In this document: piece after piece, positions 10,881 through 21,387 of the stretch
Layout of the letters: each line of letters starts with the position of its first letter
How positions within the stretch are numbered: the first letter of the stretch is position 1
NCBI GenBank assembly: GCA_030748635.1
Contig: JASMLP010000027.1
Location: forward strand, 1,227 to 65,226
Origin: Planctomycetota bacterium
Lineage (GTDB): Bacteria; Planctomycetota; JACQVV01; JASMLP01
DNA length: 64,000 nt
Direction: 5' to 3'
Translations under genes and position numbers: made by a program
Notes under the pieces: generated by a model
Told to the model about the DNA's origin: nothing
Databases searched by the model: none
The model's input: the letters and a program-made list of their open reading frames with translations, nothing else

Positions 10881-12316
10881 CGGGAAGATCTCCGGGTTCG
10901 GAGAAAACGGATGATGTGCCACCAGGGACCTTCGGTCCTCTCGACATCGCTCCAGGCAAAGAAGAATATGCCCAGTAGAAGGGCTGCGGCTGAATAAGCG
11001 ACACAGGTCCCAGTGAGTTGCCAGAGGAGCTCGGCCGGAATGGAGACACCGTTGGTTACGGTATCGGTGAGTCGAAACCGGGTGAAGTCGGGTATCCAGG
11101 TCGCGATGCCGTCAAGGAGGTCCGCAAGGTAATTGGTTCCGTGATCATGTCCTTCATGTCCGGAGGATGAATGGGCGTGGTCGTGGCCCTGATCCGCTTT
11201 CTCGAGGAGTTGGCGAAACGCACGTTCGAGTGTCATCTCTCCGTGACGAACCTGGCGGGCCAGGGTTTGCATGAGGGTGACACAATGGCCGATGATGAAG
11301 CCTGTTAGGCCCACTAAAACGCTCACAGGTCCAGAGAGTGTTGTGGACGCGAAGACCGTGAGCGAAATGATCAAGACAAGCATAAGAAAGCTGCCTAGGA
11401 ACGCTTTACCAAGATTCCAAGCGTGAGATTCCGCGGAAAGGTAGATTCCGATGCTTTTGGTCTGGACCAGAAGATCGAAATGAGGGTCGAGTCGGTCCAG
11501 GGCGACCGTAAGGCGTCCATCGTTGGAGATAAATCGGCGAGGGCAGAGGAGTTCGATCTCTTGCTGGTGCTGACCTCCGAAAGTGTGGAATTCCAACTCC
11601 TGAGTGCTTTGTCTTCCACTGGTGGGGTGGATGTAGCGAAGTCGCGTTCGAACGACTTCGACGTGAGTGCGGAGTGTTTTGAGAAGAGCGATCTTGAGGC
11701 GACCGATACTCTCTCCCTCCGGGATGGTGCTCGGGTCGAGATTGTCAAAGGACCAGAACGCAGTGGGATGATTGCGGTCGAGGAGGTGAAGATCGGGACG
11801 TTTTCCGAGTGTTTGGCGGATCGATTGGGCTTGGGGGGCCTGGTCGGACGAATCCTCTTCATCAGGAAGAGACAGTGACGGGATGTCCATGGATTGGGCT
11901 CCCACCATCTGGCGAGCTTTCGGGATGGAGTCATGGGGGTGCAGGAGCCAGATCGAAAGGATCGTGGATAGCCAGGTGACCAGGACAATGCCACCGATTA
12001 CCGTGATATAGCCGATCCACTTTCCAAGAACGAATTCGTGGGATCGCACGGGTTTTGTGAGAATGGTAAAAGCGCGTCGGTCCCCAACCTCTTCCGGGAT
12101 TCCGAAAGCTGACAGAAAAATGGCGATCAGCATGCCGAAGAAGGTTGTCCAGCCCAAGGAAATCGAGTCCACCAATTTGATCCGATCTGAAGCCTGGACG
12201 ACGGGTAAGAAGAATGCGGAGGAAGCGAGGGATGCTAGCAGGAGCAAGAAAACGATGAAGATTTTCTTTCGCACCGCATCGAGGACGGTTAATTGGGCCA
12301 AGGCCAAGATCTTCAC
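10877..12316 (-). CDS. ABC-2 family transporter permease with a His-rich extracytoplasmic segment
   Basis: 479 aa multi-TM. N-terminal [27 protein letters not shown] is typical of ABC-2 permeases. His-rich stretch [17 protein letters not shown] at about 11153-11209. 4-nt overlap with the upstream ATPase. Confidence 0.75.
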   Translation of the reverse strand: MKILALAQLTVLDAVRKKIFIVFLLLLASLASSAFFLPVVQASDRIKLVDSISLGWTTFFGMLIAIFLSAFGIPEEVGDRRAFTILTKPVRSHEFVLGKWIGYITVIGGIVLVTWLSTILSIWLLHPHDSIPKARQMVGAQSMDIPSLSLPDEEDSSDQAPQAQSIRQTLGKRPDLHLLDRNHPTAFWSFDNLDPSTIPEGESIGRLKIALLKTLRTHVEVVRTRLRYIHPTSGRQSTQELEFHTFGGQHQQEIELLCPRRFISNDGRLTVALDRLDPHFDLLVQTKSIGIYLSAESHAWNLGKAFLGSFLMLVLIISLTVFASTTLSGPVSVLVGLTGFIIGHCVTLMQTLARQVRHGEMTLERAFRQLLEKADQGHDHAHSSSGHEGHDHGTNYLADLLDGIATWIPDFTRFRLTDTVTNGVSIPAELLWQLTGTCVAYSAAALLLGIFFFAWSDVERTEGPWWHIIRFLRTRRSSR

Positions 12317-13218
12317 GATTTGCTTTCCGGATTTTCCGAAGAGATAGGCTCCGATTTTTCGGAGGTATTCTTTTCAACGATACTCACGAAAAGTTCCTCG
12401 AGGCTGACTCGTGGGTGCTTGATCTCAAGCACTTCGTGTCCGGTGGATTCAATCGCTTGGCGAACGCTTTCGTTCGTTTGGTTTTCGGTCCGACGAAGCC
12501 GGATTTCAATCTCGTCGCGAACCGCGAGGAGTTCATCGACCGGACCTGAGACCTCGAGTATCCCGGTTTTTAGTATCGCGATCTCGTTACAAACTTCTTC
12601 TACGTCGGCGAGAAGATGACTACACAGGAGAACCGTTTTATTCTGATCCCGGAGCCGAAGGATCAAGTCTTTGACTTCACGAGTACCCACTGGATCCATT
12701 CCGGAAGTGGGTTCGTCGAGAAGAATCAGCTCGGGGTCGTTGATCAACGCTTGAGCTAGACCTATGCGTCGGGACATCCCCTTGGAAAATTCACGAAGTG
12801 GCTGCTTGCGGGCATGAGCTAGCCCGACCATATCGATGAGCTCAGCAGCTCGCCGCCGCCGCTCTCGTCGGGGGATGCGGAAGAGGCGACCATAGAAATC
12901 GAGCGTTTCTTCTGCATTGAGGAAACGATAGAGATAGCTCTCTTCTGGGAGGTATCCGATTCGAGCCTTGGCCTGGACGCTGCGGGGAGATTGTCCCAGA
13001 ACATGAACTTGTCCCGATGTGGGGAACACGAGACCCAGCAGGATTTTGATGGTAGTCGTTTTGCCGCTACCGTTGGGCCCGAGCAGGCCAAAAATTTCTC
13101 CTGACCTCACTTCGATGGAAAGGTTTTGCAGCGCTTGCACCTTGTCTCGACCCCAGAAGTCTCGATATTTTTTCTGAAGATTTTGGGTCCGAATAGCCAG
13201 TTTATCTGAGTTTTTCAT
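12313..13218 (-). CDS. ABC transporter ATP-binding protein
   Basis: Walker [13 protein letters not shown]. Signature/Walker B region around [32 protein letters not shown]. 301 aa. Confidence 0.9.
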   Translation of the reverse strand: MKNSDKLAIRTQNLQKKYRDFWGRDKVQALQNLSIEVRSGEIFGLLGPNGSGKTTTIKILLGLVFPTSGQVHVLGQSPRSVQAKARIGYLPEESYLYRFLNAEETLDFYGRLFRIPRRERRRRAAELIDMVGLAHARKQPLREFSKGMSRRIGLAQALINDPELILLDEPTSGMDPVGTREVKDLILRLRDQNKTVLLCSHLLADVEEVCNEIAILKTGILEVSGPVDELLAVRDEIEIRLRRTENQTNESVRQAIESTGHEVLEIKHPRVSLEELFVSIVEKNTSEKSEPISSENPESKS

Positions 13219-13344
13219 TGGCTAAGTCATTCATTGCCAAGTGAATGGGGATGGGTCGTCGAGTGCATTGAGAACGGGCGGTTAGTATAGAATCCCCTCT
13301 CTAAGGTTCAAGGGGCATTCTTCCCAAGGAGAAGCGGCAGGCAG

Positions 13345-13372
13345 TTGACAGGCTCATCCCGACCTCTATTAT
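13345..13372 (+). promoter_or_regulatory. Sigma-70-like promoter for sod: TTGACA-16nt-TATTAT
   Basis: TTGACA at 13345-13350 and TATTAT at 13367-13372, about 95 nt upstream of the sod ATG. RBS-like aagaaggga just upstream of 13467. Confidence 0.5.
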
Positions 13373-13466
13373 CGGCCTTTCATATTTCCTGTTGGAGTCG
13401 AAGACGACTCGCACTCCAGGATGTCCTTATATCTCAGCACCCTAAAGATTAAAGAAGGGATCTACC

Positions 13467-14096
13467 ATGGCTCATCAACTTCCCGAACTTCCCTATGCGC
13501 ATGACGCTCTCGAACCGCACATCGATCAACGAACGATGGAAATTCATCACGGGAAACACCATAACGCCTATGTTACAAACGTGAACAAGGCGCTTGAAGG
13601 CCACGACGATCTTGCCGCCCTTTCGATCGAGGATCTTGTTTCCGACCTTTCGGCTGTTCCTGAAGCTATTCGGGGTGCGGTACGGAACAATGGCGGGGGG
13701 CATGCTAACCATAGCCTTTTTTGGTCGGTCATGGGGCCGGGAGCGGGTGGAAGTCCAGAGGGAGACCTCGCGGCAGCTATCGATAGCGCTTTCGGTAGTT
13801 TTGACGCTTTTCAGGAATCTTTCGCCAAGGCCGCGGCGACACGGTTTGGCAGCGGCTGGGCCTGGCTTTGTTGTTCGGCCGATGGGTCCCTTTGCGTTTG
13901 CTCGACTCCAAATCAAGACAGCCCTTTGATGCGGGGAGTGGCCGAATGCCCAGGAACTCCGATTTTGGGGCTGGATGTCTGGGAGCATGCGTACTATCTC
14001 AATTACCAGAATCGGCGACCGGATTACGTGGCTGCGTTCTGGAACGTTGTGGACTGGTCCAAGGTCGCAGAACGTTACCAGGCAGCGCGTTCCTGA
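13467..14096 (+). CDS. sodA: Fe/Mn superoxide dismutase
   Basis: [28 protein letters not shown] and [18 protein letters not shown] are canonical Fe/Mn-SOD motifs. 209 aa. Metal specificity not resolved. Confidence 0.9.
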   Translation: MAHQLPELPYAHDALEPHIDQRTMEIHHGKHHNAYVTNVNKALEGHDDLAALSIEDLVSDLSAVPEAIRGAVRNNGGGHANHSLFWSVMGPGAGGSPEGDLAAAIDSAFGSFDAFQESFAKAAATRFGSGWAWLCCSADGSLCVCSTPNQDSPLMRGVAECPGTPILGLDVWEHAYYLNYQNRRPDYVAAFWNVVDWSKVAERYQAARS

Positions 14097-14122
14097 TCGA
14101 CTGGGACTGGGTGATGAGGAAA

Positions 14123-14151
14123 GACCGGGTGAACGATCGCCCGGTCTTTTT
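14123..14151 (+). terminator. Rho-independent terminator after sod
   Basis: GC-rich hairpin gaccggg..cccggtc followed by a ttttt run. Confidence 0.55.
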
Positions 14152-14249
14152 CAATGCTTGCCACCTCTCAAGTAATTCATTCGATATTTTTTTGGTTGGA
14201 GGAATTCCGTCGGATCCGGATGGGTCGCTGGATATGCTGAACGAATGAA

Positions 14250-17200
14250 GTGGGTTTTCTGAGTGAAAAGGGTGTTGTCATTTCTATGAATCTAAAGATC
14301 TTGGGGTTTCTTGGGTTTGTTTACACATGTCTGATGGGGTCTCCAGGCCTTTGGGGGGAATCCATCCGTTTTCCCCGTCATCCAGCCCTTTCGCCAGATG
14401 GCCAGTGGGCTTACTTCGATTCCGATGGAGATTTGTGGCGTGTCTCCTCGAGCGGAGGGCGAGCTGAACGACTGACGGCACATGGGGCTCATGATCGGCG
14501 TCCGATGATTTCGCCGGATGGGAAATGGATCGCTTTCGAGTCCCATCGGCATGGGAGCTGGGATCTCTATCTCATGCCTGTAGAAGGGGGACCCGTTCGT
14601 CGACTCACGTGGCATTCGGAAACCGAGAGATTGGCCTCTTGGTGGCCCGATTCGAGTGGGATTTTGTTTACGGCTAGGCGTGGATACTCCCATGCGAAGC
14701 GTTTTCACTTTCTGCTTCCGCTCGATGGGAGTCCAGCGACTCGGATGCTGGCCGCGGACGGTTTTCTCGCCGCGGTGGCTCCTGATCAAGACCGAATCGC
14801 TTTTGTCAGAGGGGGGACGCCCTGGTGGCGTGAAAGATATCGAGGCAGTGCGGACCGTGATTTATGGATCTGGACACGCTCCTCGAATACGTACGAACTG
14901 ATTACTGATAATGATGCGGATGATGCGTATCCGCTCTGGATGCCTGGGGGAAGAGGATTGATCTTTCTCTCCAAGAGGGGAGGAGGGGCTAATCTATGGT
15001 GTTGGCAAGAGAACGTCTCACGCCCCTTGACCCGACATACTGCGTCCGAACGCATACGGTTTCCCTCCATGGCGTTTGGGGAAGGCTCTGTGATTTATGA
15101 ATGCGGAGAGGGGTTGGCGATACTTCCCGCGAAAGGGGGCGAACCCCGCAAACTGCGAATTCAGGGGCCGTTAGATCGTAACTCAGATGAAAGGCGACTC
15201 GTGACGGTGAATGGCGGAGTGACCGAATTCGCATTTACGCCCGACGGGAAGGGGCTGGCACTGGTGGCACGAGGTCGGCTGTTTTTGATGCCGGCACGGA
15301 AGGGAGCGCTGGCACGACAGGCGCTAGAGGGGGTGGTTGGAATCGGGGAACTGGCCTGGACTCGGAAGGGGAAGCGTCTCGTAGCGATCGCGGATCGCAT
15401 CCGGAATCCACGCTTGATGTCGTTGTCTTCGGCGTCGAAGGATTCGCTCTGGAAGTCGCTGGAGGAGTCTTCCCGTTCGATCGAACCAAGAGGGCGTTTC
15501 GTTCGCAAAGTACGACTCAGTCCGGATGGACGTCGCATGGCGCTCGCGGTCGGACGAGGGAACTTGGTGGTATGTCATGCGGATGGAACTTATGCCCAGG
15601 TTTTGTCGACCGGATTTTCACTACCTCAGTTCTGCTGGAGTCCCGATGGACGTTGGATTGCCTACACACGAGAAGATGATGATTTCAACGGTGAAGTTTA
15701 TGTTGTCTCTTCGTATGGAGGTGAACCGATCAACATCAGCCGTCATCCCGATAATGATCGAGATGTCTCCTGGTCTTCGGATGGTCGTGTTCTCGCTTTT
15801 TCCAGCCGTCGGTCTGGCGACGATTATGACATCTGGTACCTTTTTCTTTCTCGAGAAGATGAAGAGAGGACCGGACGGGAGTGGAAGGAGAGTCAGGAGA
15901 CCAAAAAGAAGTCTGTTCGGGACAAGAAGCGGGGAAAAAAGGGAGCACTGGTTTCCATCGATCTGGAGGGGCTCTGGCGCCGACTGCGTCGGGGGACTCG
16001 AATGCTTGGAAATGAACGTTCTCCCGCGATTCGTCCGGATGGAAAACAGATCGTCTTTCGCGCGGCGCCGGAAGGGAAATCGGATCTTTACCAGGTTTCT
16101 TTGCCGCAACCGGGTACGCCGAAGGCTCTCACTCGTGGCGGTGTGAATCCTTCGGGAATCCGGTGGTCACCCGATGGAAAATGGGTGAGATTTCTAGGGC
16201 GAGCGGGAGTTTCCTGGCTGCCGGCAGCCGGGGGGGCGGTCCAGTCACGTTCCTGGAGCGCTCGAATTTGGGAGGATCCCGTATCTGAACGACTTCAGGT
16301 ATTCGAAGAGGCTTGGGCTGCGATTCATTCGAACTTTTACGATCCAGGTTTTCATGGAAGAGACTGGGCAAAAGATCGGGAGCGCTACCGGGAGATGATA
16401 AGCGCCGTCGGAACGGAAGCCGATTTCAAGGATGTCATTCGGATGATGCTCGGGGAACTCAATGCCAGTCATGTGGGTATCTCCAGTTCTTCTCCAAGCG
16501 GTAACGAAACCGGTGAATTGGGAGTTCACTTTGTTCCGGACCCTCAGGGTCGTGGATTGAAGGTTACGCAGGTGATCTCAAAATCACCCGCGACCCGTCT
16601 GGGTTCTACCCTGGAGGTGGGGGATACGATGATCGCCCTCGAGGGAACTCCTCTGGTCGAATCCGGTCAGTGGAAGAACATCTATAGTTTGCTCGAAGGT
16701 ACGGTGGGGAGACCTCTTCGTCTTCAAGTTGTCGGGCGAGACGGGACGAGTCGGCAAATAGTGATCGAGCCGATCGGGGCGGGGACCTTGCGCCAACATC
16801 TTTATCGAGAAGATATCGATCATCGGCGAAAACGGGTGAACACACTTTCTCAGGGGCGACTTGCATATATCCATGTGCCGGCCATGAATTCCACCAGTCT
16901 CGAGGATTTTGAACGGGATCTTGTCGCCGTGGCACACGGAAAAGAAGGGTTGATTTTGGACGTTCGAGATAATGGAGGAGGATGGACAACGGACTATCTA
17001 CTCACCATGTTGACCGTCAAGTCGCACGCTTTCACAGTGCCTCGGGGTGGTGGCCGCGGATACCCGCAAGGACGATTGCCCTTTTACGCGTGGCGAAAGC
17101 CGATCGTTGTGATTTGCAATGAAGAAAGTTTCAGCAACGCTGAAATTTTCAGCCACGCTATCCAGAGTCTCGGTCGAGGTCTTGTTGTGGGTCAACCCAC

Positions 17201-17420
17201 ATTCGGAGGCGTGATTTCGACCGGGCGAATTCGCCTGAGCGATGGGAGTTCTCTACGCCTCCCGTTTCGAGGTTGGTACCTCGCCAAGAATGGTCGCAAT
17301 ATGGAAAATGGTGGGGCGATTCCGGATGTCCTGGTGGAAAATAGGCCCGGGGAAGAAACTCGGGGAGTGGATCGGCAATTGAAGCGTTCGGTTGAAGTTC
17401 TTCTCGAGCAGTTACGCTAA
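14250..17420 (+). CDS. Tricorn protease homolog (beta-propeller domains + PDZ + S41 peptidase)
   Basis: Repeated TolB-like propeller motifs (SPDG.W.AF.S). PDZ region. C-terminal S41 core RLAYIHVPAMNS..LILDVRDNGGGW..VVICNEESFSNAEIFSHAIQ..GQPTFGG. The start is more probably 14286 (MNLKILGFLGFVYTCLMGSPG signal peptide). Confidence 0.85.
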   Translation: MGFLSEKGVVISMNLKILGFLGFVYTCLMGSPGLWGESIRFPRHPALSPDGQWAYFDSDGDLWRVSSSGGRAERLTAHGAHDRRPMISPDGKWIAFESHRHGSWDLYLMPVEGGPVRRLTWHSETERLASWWPDSSGILFTARRGYSHAKRFHFLLPLDGSPATRMLAADGFLAAVAPDQDRIAFVRGGTPWWRERYRGSADRDLWIWTRSSNTYELITDNDADDAYPLWMPGGRGLIFLSKRGGGANLWCWQENVSRPLTRHTASERIRFPSMAFGEGSVIYECGEGLAILPAKGGEPRKLRIQGPLDRNSDERRLVTVNGGVTEFAFTPDGKGLALVARGRLFLMPARKGALARQALEGVVGIGELAWTRKGKRLVAIADRIRNPRLMSLSSASKDSLWKSLEESSRSIEPRGRFVRKVRLSPDGRRMALAVGRGNLVVCHADGTYAQVLSTGFSLPQFCWSPDGRWIAYTREDDDFNGEVYVVSSYGGEPINISRHPDNDRDVSWSSDGRVLAFSSRRSGDDYDIWYLFLSREDEERTGREWKESQETKKKSVRDKKRGKKGALVSIDLEGLWRRLRRGTRMLGNERSPAIRPDGKQIVFRAAPEGKSDLYQVSLPQPGTPKALTRGGVNPSGIRWSPDGKWVRFLGRAGVSWLPAAGGAVQSRSWSARIWEDPVSERLQVFEEAWAAIHSNFYDPGFHGRDWAKDRERYREMISAVGTEADFKDVIRMMLGELNASHVGISSSSPSGNETGELGVHFVPDPQGRGLKVTQVISKSPATRLGSTLEVGDTMIALEGTPLVESGQWKNIYSLLEGTVGRPLRLQVVGRDGTSRQIVIEPIGAGTLRQHLYREDIDHRRKRVNTLSQGRLAYIHVPAMNSTSLEDFERDLVAVAHGKEGLILDVRDNGGGWTTDYLLTMLTVKSHAFTVPRGGGRGYPQGRLPFYAWRKPIVVICNEESFSNAEIFSHAIQSLGRGLVVGQPTFGGVISTGRIRLSDGSSLRLPFRGWYLAKNGRNMENGGAIPDVLVENRPGEETRGVDRQLKRSVEVLLEQLR

Positions 17421-17441
17421 GCCTGAGTCGCGGGATGGAAG

Positions 17442-19007
17442 TCAACGAGGACTAAAAGTGGACTCGATCTGATCGAACTCCTTGGCGACCTGGGACCACA
17501 TCTCTTCGACTGATCGCATGTCGAAAACATAGACGTAATCTCCTTCGCGAACGATGGCCACTCGGTGACGTACTCTCGGCCCGTTGGAGTCGCGTTGACT
17601 TCGGAAAAGGATTTCGACGGCCGGCTTCCCCGCGTATTTGGAACGGGACTGCCGGGATTCCTTCATGTTGTCTCCCAGAGTTTCCTGAATCGCTTCGTGG
17701 TACTGCCGGGCGATCTCTTCGATCTTTGTCGTGGAGTCGGTATGAATATCGATCCCGAATCCAGCGTATTCATCTTTATGCATGAAACGGATCACTTCGG
17801 AGGTGTCTTGCATCTCGTGCTTGGTAAGAGACCATTTGTCGGTAACCTTGACCGGAATGGGGCCTTTGGGACCTGAAGCGTTTTTGAGTGCGTCGTTTTG
17901 TTTCTCAGTCGAAGTTCTGTCCCAGTCGAAGGTGCCGGCGATCTCGAACATGTCGTTCTGGAGGGAGTCCCAGAGGCCAAGAGGGCAGGCGATGATCACC
18001 AGAAACCACCGATTTTTGTCCTGGAAGAGAACAAATCGTTGTTGAAGGGATTGGCCCTGAATGGTGGCTTGGAATGTGAGTTGAGTCGATTCTCTCCCTC
18101 CAAAGGTGCTCTTCTCGATCTTGCTGTTTTCTAATTTACCTCCAAATTGCTGGCTCGAAGCTTGACGGATCTGTTCCAGAAGCATTTCCGGTGCGACCGA
18201 ATCGAGTGGGCTAAGAGTCGCAACGACACGGGCTTCACTGTTGTGAGCCAGGCCGTAGCAGACCATCCCCTGTTCCATGGGCTGGGTGACCGGGGTCCAG
18301 GAATCGTTAGGAGGGAGGAAGGGAAGGCGGTCCTTTTTCTGATCCATAGGGCCTGGGTCTCGACCTGTCATCTGACGGAGGACTTTGCGAGTGCCTTTTT
18401 CCGGATTGGTCCAGGACTCCGGAGGTTTCGGAGGACTCATGGCTACAAAGCGAGAGGCGTTCCCTTTCCACCAGGACTTCCAGGTTTCGATGGCTGACGC
18501 TAGCGAGGTTTCATCGTCTTCGATGGAATAAGATGATTTGGCTTCGATGATGTTTTCTAACGCTTCGACCGCCCGTTTTCGAACCATGGGGTGTTTGTCG
18601 TTCAGTGCGCGCACAAGAAAGGGGACGGTCGACTGGTGGCCGATGCGACCCCATGCCAGGCAGATCGCGCTCTTGAGCCACCACTCCGTCTCTTGATCCC
18701 GAAATAGGCTTTCCATCGGTCCGATGGCCGACGATGTTTTCAGGTTGCCAATTTTTTGAATCAGGTAAAAACGGACGATGGGGTCGTCGATGCGGAGTCC
18801 TCGAACGAGAGGCTCACCGGCACTGTTATCTTGAATGCCCATGAGGTGAACGAGAAGCATGGTTGTCATCTGGGGGGAGATCTGGCCTTTGGCCTTTTCC
18901 AGAAAGACGACGATTTGAAGGGCTTTGTCCCGGTCGGAACCCTGCTGAGCAGGCGATGGGTGAATGGTGGCAAGGAAACCGATCAGGAGCCAAAGAAAAC
19001 ATTTCAT
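17442..19007 (-). CDS. Secreted HEAT-repeat protein
   Basis: Signal peptide MKCFLWLLIGFLATIHPSPAQQ. HEAT motif LVRALNDKHPMVRKRAVEALENI. Start chosen at 19007 to avoid a 35-nt overlap with the upstream gene (ORF track start 19052). Confidence 0.55.
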   Translation of the reverse strand: MKCFLWLLIGFLATIHPSPAQQGSDRDKALQIVVFLEKAKGQISPQMTTMLLVHLMGIQDNSAGEPLVRGLRIDDPIVRFYLIQKIGNLKTSSAIGPMESLFRDQETEWWLKSAICLAWGRIGHQSTVPFLVRALNDKHPMVRKRAVEALENIIEAKSSYSIEDDETSLASAIETWKSWWKGNASRFVAMSPPKPPESWTNPEKGTRKVLRQMTGRDPGPMDQKKDRLPFLPPNDSWTPVTQPMEQGMVCYGLAHNSEARVVATLSPLDSVAPEMLLEQIRQASSQQFGGKLENSKIEKSTFGGRESTQLTFQATIQGQSLQQRFVLFQDKNRWFLVIIACPLGLWDSLQNDMFEIAGTFDWDRTSTEKQNDALKNASGPKGPIPVKVTDKWSLTKHEMQDTSEVIRFMHKDEYAGFGIDIHTDSTTKIEEIARQYHEAIQETLGDNMKESRQSRSKYAGKPAVEILFRSQRDSNGPRVRHRVAIVREGDYVYVFDMRSVEEMWSQVAKEFDQIESTFSPR

Positions 19008-19017
19008 GGGGAGAGCC

Positions 19018-20991
19018 TCAGGACCTTTCGAGGAGACGTTGAGATTCGGCAAGATCGCGGCGAGCTTCCGACAGGGTTTGATCGATCACCAGCGCTTTGC
19101 CGAAGAAGTCGCACGCTTTGGAGTATTCCTTGTTCCTCTTGTGAAGCAAACCCAATCCGTACAGGGCTTCCGCTTCGGTTTTGTCCATTTGAAGAGCTCG
19201 CTGAAACAGCGATCGCGCTCGCTTCAGATCACCCAGTTCCAGGTACGTGCGCCCCAGCCGGGATCGAGCCACGGCCATATCGGTGGGGTAGGCAGCGATG
19301 ATTAATTCTGCGGCCGCGGTGGCCAGGTCATAGGCTTTCATCTGGTTGTATAGTTTGATGCGAAACAGAAACAGGATCAGGGCGGCTCCTTTGAGTTCGG
19401 ATGTGCCGACGCTGCTTTTGAGGACCTCATCGCAGTAGGTGAGAGCTTTCTCGTATTGCTTGGCATCGTAATAGATCAAAGCTCGGTTTTGGGCGATTTG
19501 CGCCTTGATCCCGGCTTTTTGTTGCATGCTGGGCGATTTGTCCGCGTGGTCGAGCGCTTTGAGAGCTTTGTCGTATTTTCGGAGTCCTCGGTACGCCATG
19601 GCTTGTACCAGGTAGGTGTCAGCTGTTTTCTCCCATCGCAATACCTGCTCGATGTCGGAGAGCGCTTTGCGGAAGTCGCCGTGACAGTTCATCCAGTAGT
19701 GGGCTCGGTTTCGCAGAGTCAATCCCGATCGTGGGAAGAACTTGACACTTTGAGCCAGGTGGGATTCGATTTTCTCGTAGGCGACCTTGCGGACTTCGGG
19801 GTCGGTGACTTTCTGGATCTTGGTGTATTCGAGGCTACTTTGATTTCCGTAAATCATGGCCACGACCTGCTTTTTGGTGAGATTGGCCATATGAGCCTTC
19901 TCTCTGCGGGCGAGATCGGTGATGGCGTAATTTTCGATATATGTGCTACCGGGAACAATCTGGCCGGCGCGGGACATCTCGAGGATTTTTTCTAATCCAC
20001 CGGACTGGTAGATACGCTTCATCTCCTCTTGGCTCATGTCTACGGGGGGAATGTGCAAGGTTTCGATGTTGAGGCGTTCTGTCGGGCAGTCCCATCGGAC
20101 GAAAATATGCTGTGGCGCACTGACTCCGTAGATTGGTAGTTTTTCACCTCGCCAATGGATGCGTTCAGCGAGGACGATCCAGAGAGTGGAAAGGCCTAGG
20201 CAATATCCTTGCTGTCCATCGATAACCATGTCGAGGAAGAGATTCGCTGGATCCCACGCATTTTGGCTCGATTTGTAATTCAGTTCATCGTACAGGTAGT
20301 GATTGATGGTCTTGATCACTTCGCGAGGATTCATCGAATCGTTGATCCGTTTCTGTATGGATCGGGCCATTTTGTCGAGCTGCTTCAGGTAAGATTCGAC
20401 TTGGACTTTGTGATCAAAGGTCGACTGGCTGTACTGATCGGAGATCATCAGGGCGGTTCTGGCCAGGTCAAAATCTTTTTCGGACCGTTCGAGTAGAGAT
20501 TCAAGGGTTAGAGCCTCATCGACGTCACTTTTAGTTTTCTGACTTGAGGTGTCCAGAGTGCTGGTACTTGCCGGCGGGGTGGTCAGGTCGACTCGACGGT
20601 TGGCGCCTTGGTTGAGGAATACCGCAGTCGCTATCAGGATGAAAGCTACGACAAGAGTTCCGACGCCGATCCACAGGCTACGGTTCGAGGAGGCCTTGGG
20701 GGCGGTACTCTTCCGGCCACGCCGTTCCTCGCTTGTACGTACCTCGGAACCTTTTCTGTGCCGTCGGGTCTCATTCTTTCGGGATGGCAGGGCCGGTTCT
20801 TCTCTCTTGGCTTTTCGATCGGGAGCACCTTTCGGGGCTCGCTTGGCGGAGGTCTTGGGGACGGGAGTTGGTGGAGGGGATTCGGCTGGGATGGAGATCG
20901 GTTCTGAGCATCGTGGGCATTTGATGCGTCGGCCGGGCATGGCGGTTTTGAGGCGAAATTTGCCCTGACATGAGTTGCAGACGATAACCAT
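19018..20991 (-). CDS. Membrane protein: N-terminal C4 zinc ribbon, TM, periplasmic transglutaminase-like (Transglut_core2/SirB1-type) domain, TPR repeats
   Basis: Zinc ribbon CNSCQGKFRL..CPRCSEP. TM VGTLVVAFILIATAVFL. GYCLGLSTLWIVLAERIHWRGEKLPIYGVSAPQHIFVRW. Multiple TPR-like repeats toward the C-terminus. Confidence 0.65.
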   Translation of the reverse strand: MVIVCNSCQGKFRLKTAMPGRRIKCPRCSEPISIPAESPPPTPVPKTSAKRAPKGAPDRKAKREEPALPSRKNETRRHRKGSEVRTSEERRGRKSTAPKASSNRSLWIGVGTLVVAFILIATAVFLNQGANRRVDLTTPPASTSTLDTSSQKTKSDVDEALTLESLLERSEKDFDLARTALMISDQYSQSTFDHKVQVESYLKQLDKMARSIQKRINDSMNPREVIKTINHYLYDELNYKSSQNAWDPANLFLDMVIDGQQGYCLGLSTLWIVLAERIHWRGEKLPIYGVSAPQHIFVRWDCPTERLNIETLHIPPVDMSQEEMKRIYQSGGLEKILEMSRAGQIVPGSTYIENYAITDLARREKAHMANLTKKQVVAMIYGNQSSLEYTKIQKVTDPEVRKVAYEKIESHLAQSVKFFPRSGLTLRNRAHYWMNCHGDFRKALSDIEQVLRWEKTADTYLVQAMAYRGLRKYDKALKALDHADKSPSMQQKAGIKAQIAQNRALIYYDAKQYEKALTYCDEVLKSSVGTSELKGAALILFLFRIKLYNQMKAYDLATAAAELIIAAYPTDMAVARSRLGRTYLELGDLKRARSLFQRALQMDKTEAEALYGLGLLHKRNKEYSKACDFFGKALVIDQTLSEARRDLAESQRLLERS

Positions 20992-21387
20992 TCGAAATCC
21001 CTCGTACTGGATTAGATAACGTGATTAGAATTCTCGCACAGTCTGCCTAGGTCTTTAAGACCTCAATCTATAGAAAGGCCATCCTGTGAGTACGGAAAAG
21101 TTTCTCTGGTGTTGGCACATTGGGATCGTTTGGAAGAGATGCTCATCGAGGAGAGTGGGATCTCGTTGAAGGAGGAGAGCGTGGAAAGGTTTCCCAAGGG
21201 TGTGATCGGCGGCAATGGCATGGACTTCAGGCCTGGGACGAAGAGAGGCCGGAATCCTGAAGGATTGGGGTTGCTCTAAGCGGAGGGCAGGGTAGGCGTT
21301 GCGGTATTGTTAAATTTTGGTCCGATTCCTCGCTGGATGTTTCGAAGGGCCCGGAGGACGGTTTCGTGAGCGAATCCGCGCGCTTAA

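Noticed and set aside
13219-13466. Possible mobile or foreign insertion between the ABC ATPase and sod
   Set aside because: This is simply a divergent promoter region. It contains a clean TTGACA-16-TATTAT promoter for sod. There are no repeats or composition shift.
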